A stretch of 64,000 nt of DNA, taken from Candidatus Woesearchaeota archaeon (GTDB lineage: Archaea; Nanobdellota; Nanobdellia; Woesearchaeales; GW2011-AR9). This document shows, piece by piece, positions 45,283-54,729 of this stretch. Numbering within the stretch: position 1 is the first letter of the stretch; each line of letters starts with the position of its first letter. The notes under the pieces were generated by a model. The model saw only the letters and a list, made by a program, of their open reading frames with translations, did not search any database and was not told the origin of the DNA. The stretch is from positions 458,908-522,907 of the forward strand of contig CAMAVK010000001.1 in the NCBI GenBank assembly GCA_945861715.1, given 5' to 3'. A program made the translations under genes and the position numbers.

Positions 45283-45582
45283 ATGGAATATATTTATGCC
45301 GCAATGTTGCTTCATAAGGCAAGCAAACCAATGAGCGAAGATGCAGTAACTGCTGTTTTAAAAGCAGCTGGTGTTACCGTTGACGCAACCCGAGTAAAAG
45401 CTCTTGTAGCAGCTCTTGCTAACGTAAACATCGAAGAAGCTATTAAGAAAGCTGCAATAGCTGCTCCTGTAGCTGCTGCTCACGCTCCAGCTCACGTTGA
45501 AGCAAAGAAAGAAGAGAAGAAAGAAGACAGCAAGAAATCAGAAGAAGCTGCTGCTGCTGGTTTAGGCGCACTCTTCGGATAA
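45283..45582 (+). CDS. rpl12: 50S ribosomal stalk protein L12 / P1
   Basis: [13 protein letters not shown]...[13 protein letters not shown], an Ala-rich hinge, acidic [14 protein letters not shown] and C-terminal GLGALFG. GGAGG precedes the ATG. Confidence 0.88.
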   Translation: MEYIYAAMLLHKASKPMSEDAVTAVLKAAGVTVDATRVKALVAALANVNIEEAIKKAAIAAPVAAAHAPAHVEAKKEEKKEDSKKSEEAAAAGLGALFG

Positions 45583-45589
45583 ACCTCAA

Positions 45590-45615
45590 GCATCATTTCT
45601 TTTTTTTATTTTTTC
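45590..45615 (+). terminator. Oligo-T archaeal-type transcription terminator after the ribosomal operon
   Basis: catttcttttttttattttttcat immediately after the rpl12 stop. Confidence 0.45.
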
Positions 45616-45695
45616 ATAGTATATTTTACAATTTACCCCCATTTTATCTTCAAAAATAATAACAAAATAAGAGCATCCAAATACGAAAGTAAAAA

Positions 45696-46559
45696 GTGTG
45701 TACCATGAATCAACCTGAAGCCCTCGAGCAACTCAAATCAAAGAGAAAAGAACTTTCTGCGCTAAAAGCTAAATTAAGCACGGCTCTACGAGTCAAGGAA
45801 GAAACATTCAAAGACCTTCGCTCAATTCGCGACAAAATAAAATCACGCTCACAAAAAATCACTAACTTGAAACAAGAGAGAAACGCGCTCACTGACGAAG
45901 TAAAAAAACTAAAAGGCGAGCGTGACAAATTAAACGATACTGTCAAAAACGCCGCAACAATGCGCAAACAAGTGGATGAAAAAAAGAAGGACATTGGTAA
46001 TGACACTTATCAAGATCCACGTAAAATAAAAATTCTAATTGAACAAATAGAGCGTAAAATTGAAACCGAAGTAATGCCATTCAATAAAGAGCAGGAATTA
46101 AACAAACGAGTAAAAGAGCTCAAAGCAGAATACAAAAAGATCTCTGAGCTTGGACAAATATTTCAAGCCGAAAAAGTAGCGGGAAAAGAGTTTGTTGAAA
46201 GTCGTAAAAAAGCTCAAGAGTCTCATAAAGAAGTACAAGAAAAAGCACATGATTCTCAAGAAAAGCACGTCGAAGTCAACAAAATGTACGAAGAACTTAA
46301 ATCACTTCGCGAGCAAGAAAAACCAATCAATGATAAATTCTCCTCTCAAAAAAAAGAGTTTGAAGATTTAAAAGTGCAAGCCGACGCAATTCAAATTCAA
46401 GTGTCTGAATTATCCAAAATATGCAACGAAGTAGAAGATAAGAGTTTCAAGGACCAAATCGTTGAAAAGACCACCGCAGTGAAAGAGAAATTAAAGAAAG
46501 GCGGAAAACTCACCACCGCAGACATTCTTGCCTTACAAGCTCTTGACGAAAGAGATTAA
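45696..46559 (+). CDS. K/E-rich coiled-coil protein (287 aa)
   Basis: Heptad-like K/E-rich sequence throughout. No catalytic motif. Confidence 0.4.
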   Translation: MCTMNQPEALEQLKSKRKELSALKAKLSTALRVKEETFKDLRSIRDKIKSRSQKITNLKQERNALTDEVKKLKGERDKLNDTVKNAATMRKQVDEKKKDIGNDTYQDPRKIKILIEQIERKIETEVMPFNKEQELNKRVKELKAEYKKISELGQIFQAEKVAGKEFVESRKKAQESHKEVQEKAHDSQEKHVEVNKMYEELKSLREQEKPINDKFSSQKKEFEDLKVQADAIQIQVSELSKICNEVEDKSFKDQIVEKTTAVKEKLKKGGKLTTADILALQALDERD

Positions 46560-46743
46560 TTAATCCCCTCAATCTTTCTCTCTCTCAATCAACGAAGTAG
46601 AATTCTCCAATCATCCAATGCAAGTTATCATTAAAAAAATTCAATAACTCAATACGGTTGGCATCGCATCACCCAAACAAGTAGAAGCATATTTCGGTGA
46701 GAGCATAATGAGCTTTTTTAATTAAAAAAATATTGTGAAGGTT

Positions 46744-47190
46744 TTATCTCTTTCTCTCAAGTCTTTCTCGAACTGCACCTTTAAGCAACTCTTGCTGCAA
46801 TCGATGTCGCTCAATTTCACGCAACCAAAGCGTCCCAATCTTAATGGTCATTTTATTAAATTTATCAGAAATTTTATACTTCTTATCATACAAATCATAC
46901 TCAATAAGACCCATTCCTCGCATCGGTGTGAGAATACGATCATAAAACTGTCTTTTATTATACGATATGCGCAACGGTCCATCACTTGAACGACCCTCGC
47001 CACCTCGCATCATCAATTTACCCTCATGAAGCTGCATGGCAAACACTCCCATCTCACTTTTACCAATCTCACCACCGCTCTCCATCATATATCGTATAAG
47101 CATTTTAGCAACAATCTCCTGCTGTTCAGTTGCAAAAATAATCTTAAAAATATCTTCTGGAAGATTGTCAAGATCAAAGAGAATAACCAT
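46744..47190 (-). CDS. Hypothetical protein (148 aa)
   Basis: ORF only. Confidence 0.3.
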   Translation of the reverse strand: MVILFDLDNLPEDIFKIIFATEQQEIVAKMLIRYMMESGGEIGKSEMGVFAMQLHEGKLMMRGGEGRSSDGPLRISYNKRQFYDRILTPMRGMGLIEYDLYDKKYKISDKFNKMTIKIGTLWLREIERHRLQQELLKGAVRERLERKR

Positions 47191-47291
47191 ATGCCAAGAA
47201 GCATTTTCTCAATATATAAATATTACGCATATGTATACTGGGGTCTAGATTTTTCTCTTAAGAGGGATGTCATCTACCCTTAACAAAGCAC

Positions 47292-48305
47292 CTATATTTT
47301 TCCCTTTAACCAACCATCAACCAAAACATATTCCTTGGGTTTATATCGAGCCCGTTGTGCTGCAAGCAACTCTTTGTATTCTCTCAAAACAGAACTTAAC
47401 TGCACGCAACTTTTTTTATCTTCTAAGTATACCATCGGGTCAATCCATCGAAGTTTCTTTGCTATCTCAAAACAAGATTCATTTACCAAAGAATCAGTTA
47501 CAACACTAAACTTTTCCGTACCTTCCAATAACAACAGTCGAGCCAGCAAATCATCTGCACCACTACGTAAAATTTTGTCCATACAATGCACATCATCAAC
47601 CCAAAAATCATCCATGGTCAATATTTTTCGTTTAATGGCAGCTTTTAACACCTCTGAAAAAAGAGCATATCGAACTATCTTATCCTGTCCGCCCCAATGT
47701 TCATCTTGTGCTTTCACATATCCTTTACTAAAATAAGTCGCTTCCTCAATATTATTAAAGCACAACTTTCCATCAACCGCAATAATACTTTGCGCACATC
47801 TAGCAACCTTACCTGCATTATCACCAAACGCAACTAACAGCTCATGTAATGTATAATCAGCTCTATCTGCACAAAGTGCCGGGGCATCCTGCTCAAGCAA
47901 CGAAAATTGATGACAATCTGCAATACGATCAAAATCAAATCCATACTTTCGCAAAATATCAGCAGCGTCCGACCGAGCAAGATATTGCTCATGATGTAAA
48001 TCTTGAAAATCCTCTTTTTCTGTATGCCCAAATACAACATCTGCAACATGTGAAAACGCGGTATGCGACGCGTCATGTAATAGCCCTGCTGCTTGTTCTT
48101 CTACGCTAGCACCAACCTTACGTAAGATGAGCATCACCCCTACACTATGATCATATCGAGAACAAGTATGAGTTCCGCAATATTGAAACGGCACTCCACC
48201 TTGACTAATACCCTTTAACCGTTGAATAGTATTGCTAGCAAGTAAATCAACAAGAACAGGTTCAGTTATATCCCATGAACCATAAATCGGACTATCTAAT
48301 CTCAT
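47292..48305 (-). CDS. HD-domain metal-dependent phosphohydrolase
   Basis: HD signature: H in YDHSVGVMLIL, HD in GLLHDASHTAFSH, and downstream His/Asp residues. Confidence 0.6.
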   Translation of the reverse strand: MRLDSPIYGSWDITEPVLVDLLASNTIQRLKGISQGGVPFQYCGTHTCSRYDHSVGVMLILRKVGASVEEQAAGLLHDASHTAFSHVADVVFGHTEKEDFQDLHHEQYLARSDAADILRKYGFDFDRIADCHQFSLLEQDAPALCADRADYTLHELLVAFGDNAGKVARCAQSIIAVDGKLCFNNIEEATYFSKGYVKAQDEHWGGQDKIVRYALFSEVLKAAIKRKILTMDDFWVDDVHCMDKILRSGADDLLARLLLLEGTEKFSVVTDSLVNESCFEIAKKLRWIDPMVYLEDKKSCVQLSSVLREYKELLAAQRARYKPKEYVLVDGWLKGKI

Positions 48306-48447
48306 ATTTTATCTAAAACCGTGATTCATTAAAAAAGTATCATCAAAAATAAATATTCTTTAAATTTAATTTTCCCCAATAAACATTAAATAATATCTCT
48401 CATTAGCCCACAATACCATTAAATATCCCCCAACAATTTAACCTTTT

Positions 48448-49359
48448 ATGGCAACTCTACTCAATCTCCCCTGGTGGGCATTTCCAATTATCATCGCACT
48501 TATTTTCATTTTCTTTGCAGGGATTCGAATTATTCGACCAACGCAACGTGCAATTCAAGAACGACTTGGAAAATACAAAAAATTCCGTCAGCCAGGTTTC
48601 GCTTGGATTATCCCCCTAGTTGACCGCCTCTATGTGGTAAACATCACGGAAAAAATGATCAACGCCGAGCCGCAAGAAATCATAACAAACGACAACCTCA
48701 ACGCACGAGTTGATGCTCAAGTCTATTTCAAAGTAAAACCGGATGAAGCAAGTGTTAAAGCATGTCAGTATAATGTCTTTGATTACGAAACACAAATCGT
48801 AAGTCTTGCGAGATCAACTCTTCGAAACATTGTAGGCACTCTTACATTAAAATCCGCAAATAGCGAACGTGATAAGATCAACAATGCCCTTATGGAAACC
48901 CTCAAAAAAGAAACAAAAGACTGGGGAATTGACGTCGTGCGAACAGAATTAAAAGAAATTGATCCACCTAAAGACGTCCAAGACACCATGAACAAAGTAG
49001 TAAAAGCAGAAAACGAAAAAATAGCAGCCGCAGACTTTGCAACCGCAAGAGAAATCGAAGCAGATGGAATACGTAGGGCAAAGATAAAAGAAGGTGAAGG
49101 AGCAAAACAATTTGAAATTCTCCAAGCCGAAGGAAAAGCTCAAGCCATCAAATCTGTAAACGAAGCCGCAAGTAAATATTTCGTAGGTAACGCCCAACTT
49201 CTCAAACGCTTGGAAGTAACAGAAAACTCCTTGAGTCGCAACACCAAAATTGTTGTACCCTCCAACACCGAATTAGTAAACGTAATTGGTGACATGGCAG
49301 GTGTTGGTCCCATGAGAAAGGCAACGAAGTCAAACAAGATGGGCAATTCGCAAGAATAA
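48448..49359 (+). CDS. SPFH/Band 7 (stomatin/prohibitin-like) membrane protein
   Basis: N-terminal TM FPIIIALIFIFFAGI. Band 7 core GFAWIIPLVDRLYVVNITEKMINAEPQEIITNDNLNARVDAQVYFKV. Coiled-coil C-terminus. Confidence 0.75.
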   Translation: MATLLNLPWWAFPIIIALIFIFFAGIRIIRPTQRAIQERLGKYKKFRQPGFAWIIPLVDRLYVVNITEKMINAEPQEIITNDNLNARVDAQVYFKVKPDEASVKACQYNVFDYETQIVSLARSTLRNIVGTLTLKSANSERDKINNALMETLKKETKDWGIDVVRTELKEIDPPKDVQDTMNKVVKAENEKIAAADFATAREIEADGIRRAKIKEGEGAKQFEILQAEGKAQAIKSVNEAASKYFVGNAQLLKRLEVTENSLSRNTKIVVPSNTELVNVIGDMAGVGPMRKATKSNKMGNSQE

Positions 49360-49522
49360 ATCGCACTTTTTTTAAATTCTTAATTCATTTCTCGTACGTT
49401 TCTCATATAACCCTAAAATGATCTTATACTCTATGCTATGATCTTTTTTTAATAGATATTTAAAACATCAAACAACAAATTTCATCAAAACCTTTAATAA
49501 TAGAAAAAATGTACTTCCCATC

Positions 49523-50080
49523 ATGGTGGAGAAATCAACAGCACATTTACGTAGCATCATCACTCAAATTCATACTCTCTCAAAGGATCTCCTCGCAAAA
49601 ATTAACGACGACATTCGAGAGAATTCTGTCACCCTAGGGGTAAGACCACGAAAATTATCAGATTTATCGGTAGCATCCAAAGGTATCCTAGAAGCCCAAA
49701 TCATAATCAAAAAGATACATAAACTCAGAACTGATATGAATGTGTATCAGGTGGTATGGGCTAAAACGCAAATCGCAGCTCTGCCACGAGAAAACATTGA
49801 AACGAGGTGGACTATCGCCGTTTCTCAATTAAATCAAGAGATTGCGCAAAGAACAACCCTCATTCAAAAAAATCTCCTCAATGCCTACGAACTCTTAGAT
49901 CATTACTCAACTAATTCAATTCAAGATCAGCATGAGCAAGGAGCTACAGATGATGATATCAACAGTTCATGGCAAACTAATCACAGCATTCTCACCGAAT
50001 TATTGCGACAAACACGACAAGCATCAGACGAAATGAGAGACAAAATTAGTACCACCCTCATGTTTTTACCAACGGCATAG
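49523..50080 (+). CDS. Hypothetical protein (185 aa)
   Basis: ORF only. Confidence 0.3.
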   Translation: MVEKSTAHLRSIITQIHTLSKDLLAKINDDIRENSVTLGVRPRKLSDLSVASKGILEAQIIIKKIHKLRTDMNVYQVVWAKTQIAALPRENIETRWTIAVSQLNQEIAQRTTLIQKNLLNAYELLDHYSTNSIQDQHEQGATDDDINSSWQTNHSILTELLRQTRQASDEMRDKISTTLMFLPTA

Positions 50081-50113
50081 GTAACTTTACAAGATCAAGT
50101 AATCATCCACTAT

Positions 50114-50797
50114 CTACTTAAACAACTGCATCACATATTTCTTCGAACCAATATACTCTTGATCCATAATCTCTCGAACTCGAGCTAACTCCATTGCAGG
50201 TTTATACACTCGTTTAGAACTAAGTGCATCATAAATATCCGCGCATGCAAGCATTTCTCCCAAGCTCAAATTAACCGCGTTGGTTTGCCTACGTTCCAAA
50301 CTCCAGTCCCTTCGATCAGACTTGGCTCGAGCATCCACCGGAACCATCAGTTCACGGTTTCTCCTTTCCTCGAGTCGACGATCATCTCCACTACGAGGAT
50401 ACGATGCAATTTGATATTCATGATGACTCACAACAATTTCTCGTACATCTTGTTTAACTCCAGTAAGAATCATAAACCCAAGTCGGGCATGAGATTGCAT
50501 CACTTTTCGCTCCGCTTCATCAAGTGGTCATGCTTTGCACAGTACACAGCCTGGAATATCTTTTTTTCCCACATCATGTAAAGTACCTGCTTCACCAATG
50601 TTTCTAAGCTGCTCATCACACAAATGATTACGCACCCCCAGATACATACTCAAACGTCCAACTCGAACCATATGTTCATAACTATCTTGATGCACTGCTC
50701 GAACCTCCTCTAAGTGTTCTTTAACCGTTTTATCTTCAAGAATGGAAGCATACATAGCAGTAACACGTAATGGAAGTGTGAATTTGTCTCTTGTCAT
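50114..50797 (-). pseudogene. HD-GYP-like (HD superfamily) phosphohydrolase interrupted by one in-frame TGA
   Basis: Upstream piece ...LHDVGKKDIPGCVLCKA, then TGA, then in the same frame PLDEAERKVMQSHARLGFMILTG...VVSHHEYQIASYPRSGDD. This matches the HD-GYP consensus HDIGK..IP..IL.KPGKLT.EEF..MK.H...G.....HHE..DGSGYP, with the stop sitting where the KPG glycine would be. Confidence 0.5.
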
Positions 50798-50903
50798 ATT
50801 AGTCTAAAAAGAGCTCTTTTTTTAAAAGATCGTTGCCTCTATTTTCAAAAAATAGTAATCTCATGATGTAATCTTTTTATAGAATATTCCTTCTCATAAT
50901 CCA

Positions 50904-51395
50904 ATGAAATATCTTGCATATTTTCAACCTAGTCCGGAACTTGCAACTCTCATCCAGACTCAGGACTGCATCATAATTCCTTCCTCTGGTTTACACACAA
51001 CACTTTGCACCTTTCACATGGAACAAAACCAAGAGTCCATCCTGATCTCAAACCTTTCGAAAATCCCCCTCAGCGCATTTGAAGTTGAAACTCAAACCAT
51101 CGCCCTTTTTGACAAAGAATCCCTCGTTCTGAAACTAACTCGTCCACCTGAATTATATCAATTACATCAAGACATCACAGAAATAGTACGTACCCACGCA
51201 ACGCCAGAATTCAACCAAAGGTATCAAACATACTTTGGACCAAAATATAACCCTCACATTACTATCTCTAAATCCTACACAGACTTCAACACGTCCACCC
51301 CTCTATTAAGCGGGCACACCTTTCGGGTAGAAAATTTTTATCTAGCAAAAAAAGTAGAAGAAAAGTGGATTGAAATTTCTAACTTTACCCCATAA
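50904..51395 (+). CDS. 2H phosphoesterase superfamily protein (LigT / 2'-5' RNA ligase-like)
   Basis: Two H-x-T/S-x motifs in the correct spacing: GLHTTLCTF and NPHITISKS. Confidence 0.6.
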   Translation: MKYLAYFQPSPELATLIQTQDCIIIPSSGLHTTLCTFHMEQNQESILISNLSKIPLSAFEVETQTIALFDKESLVLKLTRPPELYQLHQDITEIVRTHATPEFNQRYQTYFGPKYNPHITISKSYTDFNTSTPLLSGHTFRVENFYLAKKVEEKWIEISNFTP

Positions 51396-51400
51396 ATAAA

Positions 51401-52108
51401 TTACCTATCACTCAGTTCATCAATCGTCTTCGCTCTCCACTCCAATAAAGCATCATCCTCACTAGGAGCATGCCTGATAGCATAACATATCCCCGCAAGA
51501 CCAAACGATTTCCAAATCGGTTCCACAAAACATGCTGCTCGTTCATACTCGGGAATACGACTGCTCACTTTTGGAATAACTCCAGCACTTCCCGAACAAT
51601 TAATTTTACCTGTTCCATTCCCCATTAAATAGGCAAATCCTTCATCAATCATTTTTTCACCACGATTCGCTACTCTGGCATTTGGACAAATTCGCGCAAC
51701 TATAGAATGTGTTGCTTCATGACGAATCATTTCACTAATTTGCGATTTAACCGAATCCCTCAGCTGTAAAAGTTGACTATCTCTGAACTCAGCGCTAAAG
51801 AAAAATATCTCTCCTTGCTCATTTGTAACGGCAGCTATACGTGCATCTGAAAAAGGAATCCAAGGATAAGTGTTTTCATAAAAGTCATGGTCACCAAAGT
51901 AATGTGGTGCAGCAGTTATCTCACTATGTCCTAATGCCTTTGCTTGAGAAATATACTCGCTATCAAACACAGAGTCAATATACCCCTCAACCAGCTTATC
52001 TCGACCGTACTTTTCATGATAAAAATAGGTACCCCATCTGTTCACAAGTATACCAGCATACATTGCAAGTCCGAGATACATTACCTGTTTTAGCTTTACC
52101 ATAATCAT
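51401..52108 (-). CDS. Membrane-anchored putative zinc metallopeptidase (HExxH)
   Basis: N-terminal TM MIMVKLKQVMYLGLAMYAGILV. HEATH motif in ISEMIRHEATHSIVARI with a downstream EGFAY. Confidence 0.45.
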   Translation of the reverse strand: MIMVKLKQVMYLGLAMYAGILVNRWGTYFYHEKYGRDKLVEGYIDSVFDSEYISQAKALGHSEITAAPHYFGDHDFYENTYPWIPFSDARIAAVTNEQGEIFFFSAEFRDSQLLQLRDSVKSQISEMIRHEATHSIVARICPNARVANRGEKMIDEGFAYLMGNGTGKINCSGSAGVIPKVSSRIPEYERAACFVEPIWKSFGLAGICYAIRHAPSEDDALLEWRAKTIDELSDR

Positions 52109-52140
52109 AGTAACATCAGAAAAACCACTCTAAATGAAAT

Positions 52141-52294
52141 ATGCGGGGGACGTGACTTTCTCATTGTCAATCGATCATTGTCGGTGAACAATATTTGAAC
52201 ACGCGTACCCACTAAGGGACTACCCATTTGACACATTACTGTGACCTCAAGGTAGCGGATTTGACCGCTCTCCCACCCCCGCATTAGTCACGGT
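52141..52294. ncRNA. GC-rich structured RNA candidate closed by a 9-bp terminal helix. Identity and strand unassigned.
   Basis: ATGCGGGGG...CCCCCGCAT at the ends (9 perfect bp). Internal hairpin AGCGG-atttga-CCGCT. Repeated GTGAC/GTCAC elements. GC well above background. Lies in the 30-nt gap upstream of the minus-strand peptidase gene. Confidence 0.35.
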
Positions 52295-52402
52295 GAATAA
52301 ACAGTGACCTATTTAAAAAGATTCCGACGGCAATTGAAGACATAACAAAAATTAATAATGACGCAAGAAAATTAAAAATCTAAAAAAGAAAAAAACAAAA
52401 GC

Positions 52403-52708
52403 TTAACGCTTCTTAGCAGGAGACTTCTTAGCAGGAGCTTTCTTTACTGCCTTTTTAGCAGGAGCTTTCTTAGCAGCCTTTCGACCACGTGCCATCTTTG
52501 CTCGACAAACGTTTCCTTTACCATCGATAAAGTACAAATAACCAGATTCCTTCTTCACACCAGCTCGTGCAACAAGTTCTTTCTTGGTCTTACCTTTCTT
52601 GCGACCTGCTCTGCTCATTACAGCTCGGCAAACATCGCCATTCTTATCAACGAAGTATAGATACCCACCTTCTTTCTTTACAGCAGTTTTTGCTACGACT
52701 TCAGCCAT
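52403..52708 (-). CDS. Small basic protein: two 36-aa tandem repeats plus a histone-H1-like AKK-rich tail; putative nucleic-acid-binding protein
   Basis: Probable start at the ATG at 52706-52708 (MAEVVAK...). Repeat VAKTAVKKEGGYLYFVDKNGDVCRAVMSRAGRKKGK then VARAGVKKESGYLYFIDGKGNVCRAKMARGRKAAKK. Tail APAKKAVKKAPAKKSPAKKR. AGAGGTGGA is upstream. The track ORF (52403..52810) extends further upstream through a low-complexity leader. Confidence 0.5.
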   Translation of the reverse strand: MAEVVAKTAVKKEGGYLYFVDKNGDVCRAVMSRAGRKKGKTKKELVARAGVKKESGYLYFIDGKGNVCRAKMARGRKAAKKAPAKKAVKKAPAKKSPAKKR

Positions 52709-52839
52709 ATTACATCCACCTCTTTTTTGAAAAATTCTAAGTTGATGAAGAATTAAAAGTATATAAAGGTTTCGAGTACACTGTATTTTCCCCCGTCTAC
52801 AAAAGAACAAACATCAACCAGAATCACTGTTTTTATGCT

Positions 52840-54000
52840 CTAATTCAGCCCAGCATCAACCCGTTCAGGCAAATCAACTGCACTTACGTTTGGCACATCA
52901 ATCGTTGGTAACTCAGCCCGATTTTTCGTGATAGAAAGCCGATTGGATAAAATATTATACTCTTTACAAAATCGGAGTAAATTATCTGTCTTTCGTTTTT
53001 CTGGCTCACAATGCAGCACCTCACGAATAGAGTACGCAAACAAGTTCCGAGACTCCTTTGGTAACATCTGCATAAAAGGTGACCATGCAAGTGCTTGAAC
53101 AATGCGTTCAACATTGGATGTTTCTAAAACATTTGCTCTAATAAATTTTTCCACCTCCAATCCATCGCGTGATTCAAGTCGAGCAAATGGATACCTATCT
53201 AACAGTTCTAATGTTACAAGACCAAGTGCATAATAATCTGATTTCAAAGTTGGGCACCCTCGAGCCTGTTCGGGAGCGACATACTCAACCGTTCCACGAA
53301 ATGTCCCATCATCTGGTAAACAGTTTGCTTCCCCTAACCTTAATTGATCAATATTTCGAATGACTCGGCTTTCAAGTGACAGTGCAGCTGTATAATCAAT
53401 GAGTACAATACCTTCAGCTCCAAGCATGATATTACCTGGTTTAATGTCCAAGTGCATAAACCCGAGTGAGTGAAACGCATCAACTGCATCGGCTAGTTCA
53501 GAACAAAATTCTACTTTCTGTGATTTTCCATATGGTACTCGAAGATGCGAAAGTGGGTCTCCTTGTACCCGGTCCATCCCCACAAGTACACTTAACCACC
53601 CCTCATCATCAACAAATAATGTGTGGGAGCAATACCCCACCAGTCGTCCACCGTCCATTACCGAATATTTTTTTGCATCTTGTAAAATCCCAATCTCTTG
53701 GGTAATCATCTGCAATCGAACAAGCTCTGAGGGAAAGAAATCGACTATCTCTGCAAATGTCTCATCTCCAATCCTACGGCTAACCTCAAATTGCGAAAAT
53801 CTCCCCGTTTGACCAACATAGGTGCATTCTGAATCAATACTTCTCCCCTCACACCCTAATAACTTAATCTTCATTAATTTTGCAACTCGATAAGGCGACT
53901 CGGTGGCATATACAATCCCAAAACCACCTCTACCTAACTCTTCTCGTAGTCCAAAATATTCTTGAATTGTTTTCGTAACCATTTTATAAATAAGTATCAA
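52840..54000 (-). CDS. Eukaryotic-like Ser/Thr protein kinase (Hanks type) with a C-terminal extension
   Basis: Gly loop LGRGGFGIVY. VAIK Lys (RVAKLMK). Catalytic loop HLDIKPGNIML. APE motif EYVAPEQ. Confidence 0.8.
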   Translation of the reverse strand: MILIYKMVTKTIQEYFGLREELGRGGFGIVYATESPYRVAKLMKIKLLGCEGRSIDSECTYVGQTGRFSQFEVSRRIGDETFAEIVDFFPSELVRLQMITQEIGILQDAKKYSVMDGGRLVGYCSHTLFVDDEGWLSVLVGMDRVQGDPLSHLRVPYGKSQKVEFCSELADAVDAFHSLGFMHLDIKPGNIMLGAEGIVLIDYTAALSLESRVIRNIDQLRLGEANCLPDDGTFRGTVEYVAPEQARGCPTLKSDYYALGLVTLELLDRYPFARLESRDGLEVEKFIRANVLETSNVERIVQALAWSPFMQMLPKESRNLFAYSIREVLHCEPEKRKTDNLLRFCKEYNILSNRLSITKNRAELPTIDVPNVSAVDLPERVDAGLN

Positions 54001-54152
54001 ATAATCTTTAGAAACACCACCAAAACATATACTTCATATAAAAATCAATTTTATTTAAAAAGTTTCCCTCCTAAAGCACCTCACTCTCTTTTTCAAAAAA
54101 AAATCAATACCACTAGAAATCTTTATTAACTGTCCCAAACCCCAAGAACATC

Positions 54153-54707
54153 ATGGCCTCTATTCCTAAACGATATTTTCTAATCTCACTCGCCATAGCG
54201 ATCATTTACGCCTTTTTCATCGGATACGGAATCGAAGTATTTCATGAAGGGAAAAACTACGAAGATTTCTGCTCTCAACGAGTTTACGAGGCACGAAATC
54301 AAACTGCTTGCACAGAATTAAATGGAACCTGGCAATCATACCCTCCTGCCATGGATGTTAAAGCCCCTCAACCAGTTCAAATTGATCCAAGCATACAAAC
54401 TGGATCATGTTCCAACTCTTACTCTTGTCAGGAAAAATATGAAAACACATCTCTCACTCACGATCGCATTGTATTCATCGTTGCACTAATCGGATCCATA
54501 GTCGCCTTTATAATTGGAACACTTCTCTCTCGAGAAATAACCAGCACCGGTCTATATGGTGGAGCCGTTTTAACCCTACTATATGGAACAATGCGCTATT
54601 GGCAGCACGCCGACAATCTCTTGAAATTTGTACTTCTTGGGGTTGCACTTGCAATTCTCATCTGGATTGCGATAAAAAAACTCCAAGACAATAAAGGCAA
54701 AAAATAA
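54153..54707 (+). CDS. Membrane protein: N-terminal TM, Cys-containing ectodomain, two C-terminal TMs
   Basis: LISLAIAIIYAFFIGYGI; IVFIVALIGSIVAFIIGTLL; LKFVLLGVALAILIWIAI. Confidence 0.4.
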   Translation: MASIPKRYFLISLAIAIIYAFFIGYGIEVFHEGKNYEDFCSQRVYEARNQTACTELNGTWQSYPPAMDVKAPQPVQIDPSIQTGSCSNSYSCQEKYENTSLTHDRIVFIVALIGSIVAFIIGTLLSREITSTGLYGGAVLTLLYGTMRYWQHADNLLKFVLLGVALAILIWIAIKKLQDNKGKK

Positions 54708-54729
54708 TCCAGCCTCCCCCAAAAAACAG

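Noticed and set aside
50504-50530. TGA (and TAG) as reassigned sense codons, for example TGA as Gly as in genetic code 25.
   Set aside because: The stop aligns with a conserved Gly. However, TFB, MetRS, MutS, L1, P0 and P1 all terminate on TAA at the expected lengths. The wHTH gene at 15829 and the HIT gene at 1062 appear to end on TGA/TAG at sensible lengths. Two isolated events cannot separate recoding from pseudogenes or consensus errors, so this is reported as an open question only.
52141-52294. The GC-rich element read as a tRNA, a multi-intron or permuted tRNA, or a 5S rRNA.
   Set aside because: The ends mimic an acceptor stem (GCGGGGG/CCCCCGC plus A). No D-arm or anticodon arm can be formed on either strand, and the only T-loop-like hairpin is in the wrong place. 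The 5S loop C/E consensus sequences are absent. It is kept as an unassigned ncRNA candidate.
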